A stretch of 64,000 nucleotides of DNA from Candidatus Latescibacterota bacterium (GTDB lineage Bacteria > Latescibacterota > UBA2968 > UBA8231). Of the stretch, positions 55,935 to 64,000 are shown one piece after another. How positions within the stretch are numbered: position 1 is the first letter of the stretch; each line of letters begins with the position of its first letter. Position numbers and translations under genes: made by a program. The notes beneath the pieces were generated by a model. That model saw nothing but the letters and a program-made list of their open reading frames with translations, was not told the DNA's origin and made no database searches. The stretch covers positions 2,816,001-2,880,000 of the forward strand of contig CBDFJF010000002.1 of NCBI GenBank assembly GCA_965248265.1, read 5' to 3'.

Positions 55935-58900
55935 CTACCGCATGACCTGGATGACGCCCTGGCGCAATGGGGCATTGCCGGCGGAGATCTCATACAGGTA
56001 GGTGCCGTTGGCCAGTTCCGGTTGAGGCTGCCAGGGGATCTGGTTGTAGCCCTGTGTCCCTGCGGCCTCGATTTCGGCGATCCGCTTGCCAGCGACGGAG
56101 TACACGCGGATGTGTACTGTCTCAGTCGCCTGTGAGAGCGAGAAGGTGAAGTAACCGTCCTCTTCATTCAATGGATTGGGATGAAACAGAAGCTTGCTCA
56201 GGCCGTCCACATCCGAGACGCGGAAGTCCAGGCGCGCCTCAGCCCAATTGTTGTAGGTATCCCAGGCTTCGACCTGCAACCTGTGGAGTCCCTGTTCGAG
56301 TCCCGGCATAAGGACCTCGAAAGCGCCCTCCCGGTAGTCGCTGCCGGCCTCATAGCGCTCGGTCACATCGGTTACTTCACCATCGATGTGCAGCTCGATG
56401 CGGTGTCCGATTTCACCAGTGACGTTGATCCCGCCTGGATCGCGCAGTCGAACCTGCAGCAACGCGGAAGGAGCCACCTGCAATGCCTGCCTGCCATTCG
56501 AGACGGATCGTCCGTCGAAGCTGAAATCGATCTCGGGACCTTGAGTATCCACCGGGGCCGATTCATCGGTACTCCCAAGGGGAAAGGGGCCGGCTGAGCC
56601 GTAGGCTGACAGCTGGCCGTCCCAAGCGTAGGCGGATATGCGTCCCTGTTTAGCACCGTAGGTGATGTCCTTGGGCACGCGAAAGGTGGTCTCGAAGCGC
56701 CCCCCGACGACTGGGACAAGGCCGCGGAAAATCGGAGATCCAGGCTTCTGGTACCTGACGGTGTCACCCCGATCCGGTTGCACTCTCTGTGTAGTGGAGT
56801 CGAGCACCAGGACGCGAGCCTGACCTGAGAAGTCCTCCAGGGAATTACCCTGCTCATCCAGTACACGCCCGGCGATCCGAACCTCACCAAGCGCTCGTAA
56901 CGTATCGGTCGCGGTCTCCAATTGTACGGACAGGGAGGGGAAGGCTATGCGCATCATCGGGTCGCCGAAGAGATTGTAGCGCAGGATCTTGCGGATATCT
57001 GCATCAGAAATCGCTTTCGCCTCCATGAGACCCAGGCCTACAGGGCTGTTCTCGCGGCCGGCGCGGAACATCAAGCGGTGGAAGTTGCGCGCCAGCCGCA
57101 TGTTGCTCTCGTGAAAGCCGACGCGAGTGGCACCTATCATGCCAATGATACCGCCGCCAGTCCTCTTCAGAAGCGCTTCAGGAATGGAATCACGCAGCGG
57201 ATCATCGAACACAGCCATTTGACTGGCTGCGGTGTAGACGAAGGGCAGACGGCGATCGTTGGCGATGGCGTCCAGGTCTTCAGAAAGGACAAAAATGTGC
57301 TCGTGCGCGAACACACGGGAATTGCCGTGCCCAATGTAGACGAGTAACACCGAGCCCGCGTTGAAGCGATCGACGAAGGCATCGCGGGCGCGCGGCTTGA
57401 AACGACCTTCGAGGGGGAACTCCTGCAAGTAGAGCTTGTCGATGTTGACATTCGTCGGCAGGAAGCGGGCAGCCATCTCCTCGGAGTCGTTGGCGAACAT
57501 GGTCTCGATCAGGGTCATGTCGTCCGCGTTGAAGGTATCATCCGCTATAAGCAGTACCCGGGACTGCCAGTCGCCGGCTTCGGGATCGGCGTCGTAGGCG
57601 ATCAACTTGCCAACGACCGTTTGCGCATCGAAACTCGTCTGCACCGGCAGACGCCGAATGGCCATGTCCGGCAACTGATCGTCACCGACGACGCAGACAA
57701 ACCAGTCGTCCGAGGTGAGGTCCTGGTCCTGGAATGGTGGAATCCAGTTTCCCGTCGACGTGCCTGAGTTGTTCTTATAATCGTAACTGCCATCGCCAAA
57801 AAGCAGGACGAACATGGGAGCAGGGTTCCAGTTCGTGGTCGTGTAGGCCAGGAAGTCGCGGATGGCGATGGGATCGAACAGGCCTCCGGAGAAGCTGTCA
57901 TATATATCCTGTACGTCGACGACGGCCGTCGACGGGGCCGCCCCAAATCGGTCGTCCGCACCGCGCCAGGCTGCCAGACGTTCGGCTTGGTCGATGAAAT
58001 CGGTGTGGGCGATGATGAGGTACTCGGCCCCGACGATATCGGCATCTCTGAGATCAGTACCATCTACCGCCTCGATCCGGTCAGGCGTCTTGAATCTCCT
58101 GGGCGTCAGTGCAGCATACCGCTGAACCGCGTTTGTGCGATGTCGAAACATCACCGTGCCGGCTTCCGCGTCGAAGCGTGCATCGACGATCTCCGTGAGG
58201 CCATCGGATACCTCGAACAGGCGTGGCCGCTCTGAGAATCCACTCAATCGATACTCGACGACACCGTCAGCGTCTGCAGTATCAAAGAGCAGCTCGCCCC
58301 GTTCGGCCTCCAGACGCCGGTCAAGTTCCAGTTCATACCAGTCAAAAAGGCTCAAGTCGCCGATGACATTGTCGAGGGTCAGCTCGTTCAGGCCGTTTTG
58401 CGCCCCGTTGTTGGCTGTGTACTCGAAGAGATGAGATTCCTCTGTTTCGAAGAACGCACTACCAATAGGCTGGTTGTTCCAGTTTACTTCGAATCTTCGG
58501 CCCGATTCCGTACGCGCGACGAAACGAAGGCGGATCGTGATCGATCCAGCAACTGGTTCGCTGATGAAGAGCCCGAAGGAGTCGTTGTCGCCGCCACGGA
58601 AATCCTCCCAGTACCATTCCAGGCCGGATTGGATGTTCCCGGCGGCTTTATAGGTCGTCGCCGTCTCTCCTTCTTCGTGCACGCGCATGCGGTGAGTGTC
58701 TACCGTGCTCGCAGGTGCGTCAGGGAGGGATGATTCAATCGAACCACGAGCGCCACTGTCCGCACCAAGAGAAATCCAGTAGACGTTGTTGTTCGTGTAG
58801 GGATGCTGCAGGAACCGATATTCACTTGTATCGGGATCGCGATCCCACCGGTTCAGGGATTCGCCGTAAAAGAGGAAGGAGTCGCTGGCGTCAAAGCGGC

Positions 58901-59657
58901 CATCCTCGCCATCCTCGATGAGGATCTCCATCTCGCCCAGGTCGTGGCCTCCCCCGGTACCCAATTCGCGAGGCAGTACCTCGCCGCCACCATACAGAAG
59001 AGCAATATCACCGGGTGAGAAACTGTCGAGGTCAATGCCCGCCTGCTGCAAGTCAGAGCCGAAGACCTGGTAGATTCCGGTCTGAGTCAGACTGATCCTC
59101 AGTAGCGGTACGTCCGCAAGGGCGAATGCCTTGCCTGCTGTTGCCGACGATAAATTGCGGCGCCACCTTCTGGCTTGCTGGTAGTTCACGAGAGAACTGG
59201 AATAGAGTTGTTCGGCGTACGGATTGAGGCGAGAGATCGAATAGTCACCCGCAGCCGGCGGCAGGTGCAGGTCGACGACGATCTCTTCGTACCCGGATCC
59301 CTCCGGGGTGGAATCTGAAAACCAGATCTCTACGACTCGCTGCTCGCGCAGGAAGGCATGCGTTCCCAGATAGGCCGGCCCTGGCCCTGTTGGTCCGCAT
59401 TGAGTGTTTCTCACCACGGACGAGGTTTCTGCCCTGACGACAGACAGGGTGACCTCTCCCTCAGGCGGAATTCCAACGAGGGCTTTGTGCACGCAGGGTG
59501 GGGTCGCCGGATTCGTGGCATCACGTTTGTATGCCAGGCGCAGCAAGTCTTCACGTTGTTGTATCAGGCGCACGTCAGCGATCGCCGCCGTCGACAGCAC
59601 CGCCGACAACAGAGCGGCCATGGTGATGCCGTTCCGAAGAGCAGTCAGGTGGGACAA
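55935..59657 (-). CDS. porU: Type IX secretion sortase PorU-like (peptidase C25)
   Basis: HPYTNNNVYW, IYDSFSGG, LLFGDGSYDYK, SDDWF, YIGHG, LFGDP, VPKDITYG, DTQGPEI, AWDTYNN, C-terminal PNP..NGTYLY CTD. Confidence 0.88.
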   Translation of the reverse strand: MSHLTALRNGITMAALLSAVLSTAAIADVRLIQQREDLLRLAYKRDATNPATPPCVHKALVGIPPEGEVTLSVVRAETSSVVRNTQCGPTGPGPAYLGTHAFLREQRVVEIWFSDSTPEGSGYEEIVVDLHLPPAAGDYSISRLNPYAEQLYSSSLVNYQQARRWRRNLSSATAGKAFALADVPLLRISLTQTGIYQVFGSDLQQAGIDLDSFSPGDIALLYGGGEVLPRELGTGGGHDLGEMEILIEDGEDGRFDASDSFLFYGESLNRWDRDPDTSEYRFLQHPYTNNNVYWISLGADSGARGSIESSLPDAPASTVDTHRMRVHEEGETATTYKAAGNIQSGLEWYWEDFRGGDNDSFGLFISEPVAGSITIRLRFVARTESGRRFEVNWNNQPIGSAFFETEESHLFEYTANNGAQNGLNELTLDNVIGDLSLFDWYELELDRRLEAERGELLFDTADADGVVEYRLSGFSERPRLFEVSDGLTEIVDARFDAEAGTVMFRHRTNAVQRYAALTPRRFKTPDRIEAVDGTDLRDADIVGAEYLIIAHTDFIDQAERLAAWRGADDRFGAAPSTAVVDVQDIYDSFSGGLFDPIAIRDFLAYTTTNWNPAPMFVLLFGDGSYDYKNNSGTSTGNWIPPFQDQDLTSDDWFVCVVGDDQLPDMAIRRLPVQTSFDAQTVVGKLIAYDADPEAGDWQSRVLLIADDTFNADDMTLIETMFANDSEEMAARFLPTNVNIDKLYLQEFPLEGRFKPRARDAFVDRFNAGSVLLVYIGHGNSRVFAHEHIFVLSEDLDAIANDRRLPFVYTAASQMAVFDDPLRDSIPEALLKRTGGGIIGMIGATRVGFHESNMRLARNFHRLMFRAGRENSPVGLGLMEAKAISDADIRKILRYNLFGDPMMRIAFPSLSVQLETATDTLRALGEVRIAGRVLDEQGNSLEDFSGQARVLVLDSTTQRVQPDRGDTVRYQKPGSPIFRGLVPVVGGRFETTFRVPKDITYGAKQGRISAYAWDGQLSAYGSAGPFPLGSTDESAPVDTQGPEIDFSFDGRSVSNGRQALQVAPSALLQVRLRDPGGINVTGEIGHRIELHIDGEVTDVTERYEAGSDYREGAFEVLMPGLEQGLHRLQVEAWDTYNNWAEARLDFRVSDVDGLSKLLFHPNPLNEEDGYFTFSLSQATETVHIRVYSVAGKRIAEIEAAGTQGYNQIPWQPQPELANGTYLYEISAGNAPLRQGVIQVMR

Positions 59658-59661
59658 GCGA

Positions 59662-61899
59662 TCACCTCTCCCTGATCACGGCGAATTTTCCAGTGGTCGA
59701 GCTTCCGACGCGATCGGTGGCGACGAAGTAGAAGATACCAGAATCGACGAAGCTGCCACTGGCATTGGTCCCATCCCAGGTAACGGCCGTTTCCTGAAAA
59801 AACGCCTCTAACTCACGGACCGGTTGCCCGTCGACGGAAAATATTCGCACCGATGACCCGGCCGGCAGTTTATCAATGGTCACTCGATTGCCGTTCGTGG
59901 GGGAGAGCAGGAAGGGGTTGGGGTACGCCGTCACGACCGAGGCCTGGGGATCCGTCTCTCCGGCGATCTGGAGACGGGCGAGGCCGTCGAAGGTGCCGAT
60001 CCAGAGCTCTCCAGCTGTTGGATCGAATAGCAATGACTCGACGCGATCGTCGATCAGCGGGCTGTTGTCTGTCGTGTATGTATAGGTCAACAGACCGGTC
60101 GTCTTCAGTTGCGTCAGGCCACCCCTGGTGCCGGCCCAGATGTTGCCTTCGGTATCCCCTTCGATGTCGGTGATTACCGGTGAGAGCAGGCCATTGTGGA
60201 GGCGGTATTCGCGCCAGGAGCGGATCTCGAACTCACCGGTGACTCTGTCGTAGAGGTAGCTGACCCGGTTGAGGCCGTTGTCGGTACCGACCCAGACGAC
60301 ACCGGCCTGGTTGGAGTAGACGGCCGTGACACGATCGCTGCCCAGGCGTGAGTCCAATCCGGTATTGATGACGACGGTACGCTCATCTCCGGAATCGAAG
60401 GGAGTACCCCCGTCATCGAACATGATCAGGCCATCCTGTGCCGTGCCGATCCATTTGAGTTCGTCAGGGCTGATGGCGAGCTTGCCGATGTCGCGACCGG
60501 GCGCCAGGCCGAGGGTGCCCTGCGGGTGCAGGTGGCTTCGCCCAATCGGGAATCCATCGATGACCGCCAACCCGGCCTGAACATTGGCGAGCCACATGTT
60601 GCCGCTGGAGTCACGTTGGATGTCGCTGATGACGACGAAGCTGGGAAACTCAGGTATGCCCTCCACCACAGAGTTCGACTGGTCGAAGTGGCGCCAGTTG
60701 CCCTGCGAGTCGAGGACAATAAAGCCGTGGCCCCAGGTGCCGACCCACAGCTGGCCAGACCGGTCTTGCTCGACGGCGACGGTCAAACTCGAGGGGATGC
60801 CGCTGTTGGTGTCATGGACCCACCAGCGCGTCTGGTCGAAGTGGTAGAGTCCCTTGACTATTACCGTCTGGTCATTCGGAATGCTGGCAACCCACAGATT
60901 GCCGCCGGCTAACATGGTCATGTCGTAGAAGTGATTGGCGGGCGGGTCAAACAGGGGTGGTGGCGGATCGTCGCCGAGAACGGCAAGACCCTCATTGGTA
61001 CCGATCCATAGCTCTTGGCCATCTCGCGACAAGGTACGCATGTCCCCGGAAGTCGACAGTTGCGTCCATCGCGTGCGAGTCTGACGTTGGAGGAAACGGC
61101 TGAATACTGTGAGCGCTACCGGGATGTCATTGTACATTCCAAGTGAGGTAACGACGCCCACTTGGCTCTCGGATACCCACCGTTCCCGGGCTGTGTGCCA
61201 ACGCCAGATGCCCTGACCCGCAGCTGTTAGCAGGGTGTCACTGGTAACCAAGAAATCCGCCACCGGTCCGATGGTGTCATTCGTCGACCACGCCTGCGGA
61301 TCCTGCAGGTTTGGCTCCGTGAGATCTGCCCACGCCAGGCCGTTTTCCGTTCCCGCCCATAGCTTGCCATCGTGAACGGCAACAGCGGACACAGCAGCGT
61401 CGCGGGGGTATGAACCAAACTGGCGGTAGTTCTCCTTGACCCTCTCGACATCTGTCAGGAACAGGCTGATACCGACATTGCTGGCGATGTAGAGGCTGTC
61501 GCCGGCTATAGTCAGGTCGTTGAGCTGGAACTCGCTGAATTCGGTGAAAGGGCTGCTGAAGCGGTCAGAGGAGACGATGAACTTGCTCAAGCCGTGGCCA
61601 CTGGTGCCGAACCAGAGATTGCCCTCATCGTCTACCACGGCGCTGAGGACCTGGTTGCCGGCCAGTCCATCGACACGGGTGAATCGATCGTAGGTACGGG
61701 TGCTCAGATCATAACGCAGCACACCGCCGTCGGTCGCGGCCCAGATGATGTCCTGAGTCCGAACGATCTCATTCACGATGGCCATGCTGGAGATGGCCGA
61801 CCAATTGCCGCTGGGCAGCTGGGCGTTCGCGATTTCGGCCACGAACAAGGCTGCAAGGAAAGAACATGCAGCGTTGGCGACGGTGTGAAATGCCTTCAC
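59662..61899 (-). CDS. porZ: PorZ-like double beta-propeller with T9SS CTD
   Basis: Reg_prop repeats (D..GNLWFGT, KWIGT, NSPLIDD); AYPNP..IFSVDG..WDG..SGIF..GKFAVIR; adjacent to porU. Confidence 0.78.
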   Translation of the reverse strand: MKAFHTVANAACSFLAALFVAEIANAQLPSGNWSAISSMAIVNEIVRTQDIIWAATDGGVLRYDLSTRTYDRFTRVDGLAGNQVLSAVVDDEGNLWFGTSGHGLSKFIVSSDRFSSPFTEFSEFQLNDLTIAGDSLYIASNVGISLFLTDVERVKENYRQFGSYPRDAAVSAVAVHDGKLWAGTENGLAWADLTEPNLQDPQAWSTNDTIGPVADFLVTSDTLLTAAGQGIWRWHTARERWVSESQVGVVTSLGMYNDIPVALTVFSRFLQRQTRTRWTQLSTSGDMRTLSRDGQELWIGTNEGLAVLGDDPPPPLFDPPANHFYDMTMLAGGNLWVASIPNDQTVIVKGLYHFDQTRWWVHDTNSGIPSSLTVAVEQDRSGQLWVGTWGHGFIVLDSQGNWRHFDQSNSVVEGIPEFPSFVVISDIQRDSSGNMWLANVQAGLAVIDGFPIGRSHLHPQGTLGLAPGRDIGKLAISPDELKWIGTAQDGLIMFDDGGTPFDSGDERTVVINTGLDSRLGSDRVTAVYSNQAGVVWVGTDNGLNRVSYLYDRVTGEFEIRSWREYRLHNGLLSPVITDIEGDTEGNIWAGTRGGLTQLKTTGLLTYTYTTDNSPLIDDRVESLLFDPTAGELWIGTFDGLARLQIAGETDPQASVVTAYPNPFLLSPTNGNRVTIDKLPAGSSVRIFSVDGQPVRELEAFFQETAVTWDGTNASGSFVDSGIFYFVATDRVGSSTTGKFAVIRER

Positions 61900-62058
61900 T
61901 CGGTTTGCGCGAAGGAGTACGAAAAGATGCTGATCGGGGGCTGGTGTTGCGATGCCTGCATGGGCGTTAAATCAAAGATTTTCACGAGGTTAAGTCAAGT
62001 GAGGCACAATGCGTGGGTGAGGTAAACGGCTGCTGTTGAAGCGGGTTGCAGTTTGGGC

Positions 62059-62190
62059 TTAGAAGTAACCTAGACTCTCGAGCGCTTTGGTGGTTTCCTC
62101 GTCAATGACCTGCGAGGGGCCGGCGAGGCCAGGTGCGGGAAGACTGGCCAGATAGCCGTTCAGACCGGTCATCATGCTAAGTTGCCTGCC
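62059..62190 (-). pseudogene. C-terminal remnant of a sulfatase-like gene
   Basis: ..IDEETTKALESLGYF*, the typical L..LGY tail; no upstream body. Confidence 0.65.
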
Positions 62191-62191
62191 G

Positions 62192-62917
62192 TTACTCAGC
62201 GAACTCGATCTGCACGGTGTCGAACATGATGAGACCCTTGGGAAGGTACGCCATATCGACCTTATAGTCTCTGGCTGCCCACAGACGATGGACGTCATCC
62301 ACTTCACCGACAGGGACGACATTGAGCGGGAAGAGCAGGAAGATGATGTCGTGGTTCACGTCAGCGAGCACCTCGGCGATGTCGCCGTCGCCGTAGACGT
62401 GGGTAAGATCATGCCGTGCGCCAAGTGAGGTCCATTGTTGGGGGTCGGGTGTGAGTTGGACCGTCTGCTCCGACCAATCCTCCGTGATCTCGAAAGGCTG
62501 GCCGGTCAAAATGAAGTTGGCTGTCGTTTTCGGTGGTCCTTCCAGATGGGCCTGGGCGTGGATGAAGAGTTGGACATCGCCGGTGTTGCGTGAGCCCGGC
62601 GTTTGGTTGTTGCAGAGCGGACCTGCAAGGTCCAGGCTGCCGCGCAGGCGGGCAGTAACCTTCGCGTTGGTGAGATTACTGCTGTAGCCACCCTCCACGA
62701 AGCGGTTGACTCCCTCCAAAGGCGTCACTGATGCGGCATGCGTGTGCAGGTACATGAGCAGGTGAAAGTAACCGGCACCAGGGGGCGCGTGGTTGGCATC
62801 CACGGACCACGGGCTGAAACAATGGGCGACACCATCCCAGACCGGCTGGGGACTGCACAAGTCCGCGACCCATCCTCCGGGTCCGTCGTCGAAGGTTTCG
62901 ATGTAAGTCCTGGGCAT
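62192..62917 (-). CDS. Hypothetical protein
   Basis: 241-aa ORF with coding-like composition (YIETFDDGPGGW, SPWSVDANHAPPG), 8 nt downstream of the hydrolase. Confidence 0.7.
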   Translation of the reverse strand: MPRTYIETFDDGPGGWVADLCSPQPVWDGVAHCFSPWSVDANHAPPGAGYFHLLMYLHTHAASVTPLEGVNRFVEGGYSSNLTNAKVTARLRGSLDLAGPLCNNQTPGSRNTGDVQLFIHAQAHLEGPPKTTANFILTGQPFEITEDWSEQTVQLTPDPQQWTSLGARHDLTHVYGDGDIAEVLADVNHDIIFLLFPLNVVPVGEVDDVHRLWAARDYKVDMAYLPKGLIMFDTVQIEFAE

Positions 62918-62925
62918 CAATCCTG

Positions 62926-63672
62926 CTAGATCTCTGAGATGAATTTCAAGCTTTCTTCGATGACAAAGTCCTCGGTCAATTTGATGTGACCGCGATCAGG
63001 GTAGTGCATAAAACGGTGGTGAACATCGGCCTCGGTCAGGGTAGCAGCCATGCGAACCGCCTGGTCGATGGGGACCGAGGGGTCATTGTCTGAATGGAAA
63101 ATCAGCATCGGCTTCGTACTCTCCTTCACGTTGGCGATCGGCGAAGCGAGAAGCCGGGCGTGATCCCACGGGACTCCAGGGGTGATCCAACCGCACGCCC
63201 AGTCGAGCTTGAGCAGATCGTAGGCCCCGGACACGCTGATGGCGGCGCGGAAATCGCAGGGCTGGTCTTCCCATCCACCGCTTTTCAGGTACGAATCCTC
63301 ACCCAGCGTGGCGGCCAGTGACACCAGGTGGCCGCCAGCAGACATGCCCGTGAGGAAGACTCGATCTGGATCGAGTCCGTACTCCGCTGCGTGCGCGTGG
63401 ACCCAGCGAATGGCACAGAGGGTGTCCTGGTAGCAGGCCGGTGCCGGGGAGCAGGTCACCAGGCGGTAGTCGATGGACATGGCAAAGAATCCGAGCTTGG
63501 CCCAGTGTTCGACATCGATGGCGATGCCCAGTTGCTTTCGATCGCTGTAATGCCAACGTCCACCATGGACACCGACAATCACCGGGAACGGGCCATCGCC
63601 CGACGGAACGGCGATGTCGGCGAGCAATCCCGCGCCGAGGACTTCGCCATAAATGATGGTTTGAGCAGTCAT
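62926..63672 (-). CDS. Alpha/beta hydrolase (BD-FAE/HSL-like esterase)
   Basis: HGGRW, GMSAGGHL, HSDNDPSVP, GH. Confidence 0.9.
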   Translation of the reverse strand: MTAQTIIYGEVLGAGLLADIAVPSGDGPFPVIVGVHGGRWHYSDRKQLGIAIDVEHWAKLGFFAMSIDYRLVTCSPAPACYQDTLCAIRWVHAHAAEYGLDPDRVFLTGMSAGGHLVSLAATLGEDSYLKSGGWEDQPCDFRAAISVSGAYDLLKLDWACGWITPGVPWDHARLLASPIANVKESTKPMLIFHSDNDPSVPIDQAVRMAATLTEADVHHRFMHYPDRGHIKLTEDFVIEESLKFISEI

Positions 63673-63698
63673 GTCGTGCGAGTGTCTTTCTTCGTGAA

Positions 63699-64000
63699 TC
63701 AGCCAGAGTTCAGTGTATCATGGACTGCATCGGCTATCACCAGGTGTCCAGTCAGATTGGGATGTACCGGCTCCGGGCAAAAGGTGTCCGGCTCGTGGGT
63801 TTTGAGCAGTCGCTGGAACACCTCGTGTGTTTTCACGTGGAGTGCTCCGTACCTGCGGCTCAGGTCGTTGACGATTCGCAGGTACCGGGGAAGAAGCTTC
63901 AGTACCTCGCTCCGAAACGAAGTGGGCGCTGTGTCCGTACTTATGTAGAACGAATCGATGAGCAGGAGCTTGCACCTGGGCAGGGTTTTTCTGGTGCGTT
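63699..64000 (-). CDS. SGNH/GDSL hydrolase, C-terminal part (window edge)
   Basis: Manual translation ..KLLLIDSFYI..FCPEPVHPNLTGHLVIADAV..*. Confidence 0.75.
   Translation of the reverse strand, partial: RTRKTLPRCKLLLIDSFYISTDTAPTSFRSEVLKLLPRYLRIVNDLSRRYGALHVKTHEVFQRLLKTHEPDTFCPEPVHPNLTGHLVIADAVHDTLNSG

Noticed and set aside
1-64000. Numerous long antisense or alternate-frame ORFs in the track (e.g. 2472-3560, 22878-23807)
   Set aside because: Shadow ORFs expected at high GC; they overlap well-supported genes and lack motifs

Overview
GC-rich bacterial window; gene content (T9SS PorZ/PorU, BNR sialidases, GHL10-like, CehA/McbA-type and DUF3604 hydrolases, NHL repeats) suggests an FCB-superphylum organism such as Ca. 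Latescibacterota (inference only). About 50 intact CDS, mostly carbohydrate and small-molecule catabolism, plus three toxin-antitoxin-type modules, a DUF1538 transporter with a triple PII-like partner, and an AT-richer insert (~40.5-45.35 kb). I saw no rRNA, tRNA, CRISPR array, integrase or transposase. Main observations: (1) three cargo blocks are each bracketed by diverged direct copies of a neighbouring gene end or promoter (rraA 3' end, NtrC/Fis 3' end, a 34-bp promoter), with no mobility gene; (2) about 20 recognisable gene remnants or internal deletions; (3) an HTH-fused MNT/HEPN module with two phased operators over a near-leaderless sigma70 promoter; (4) a PorU sortase with Ser where the catalytic Cys is expected. 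All family calls are from motif recognition by eye and identities are hand counts; no database search was run.
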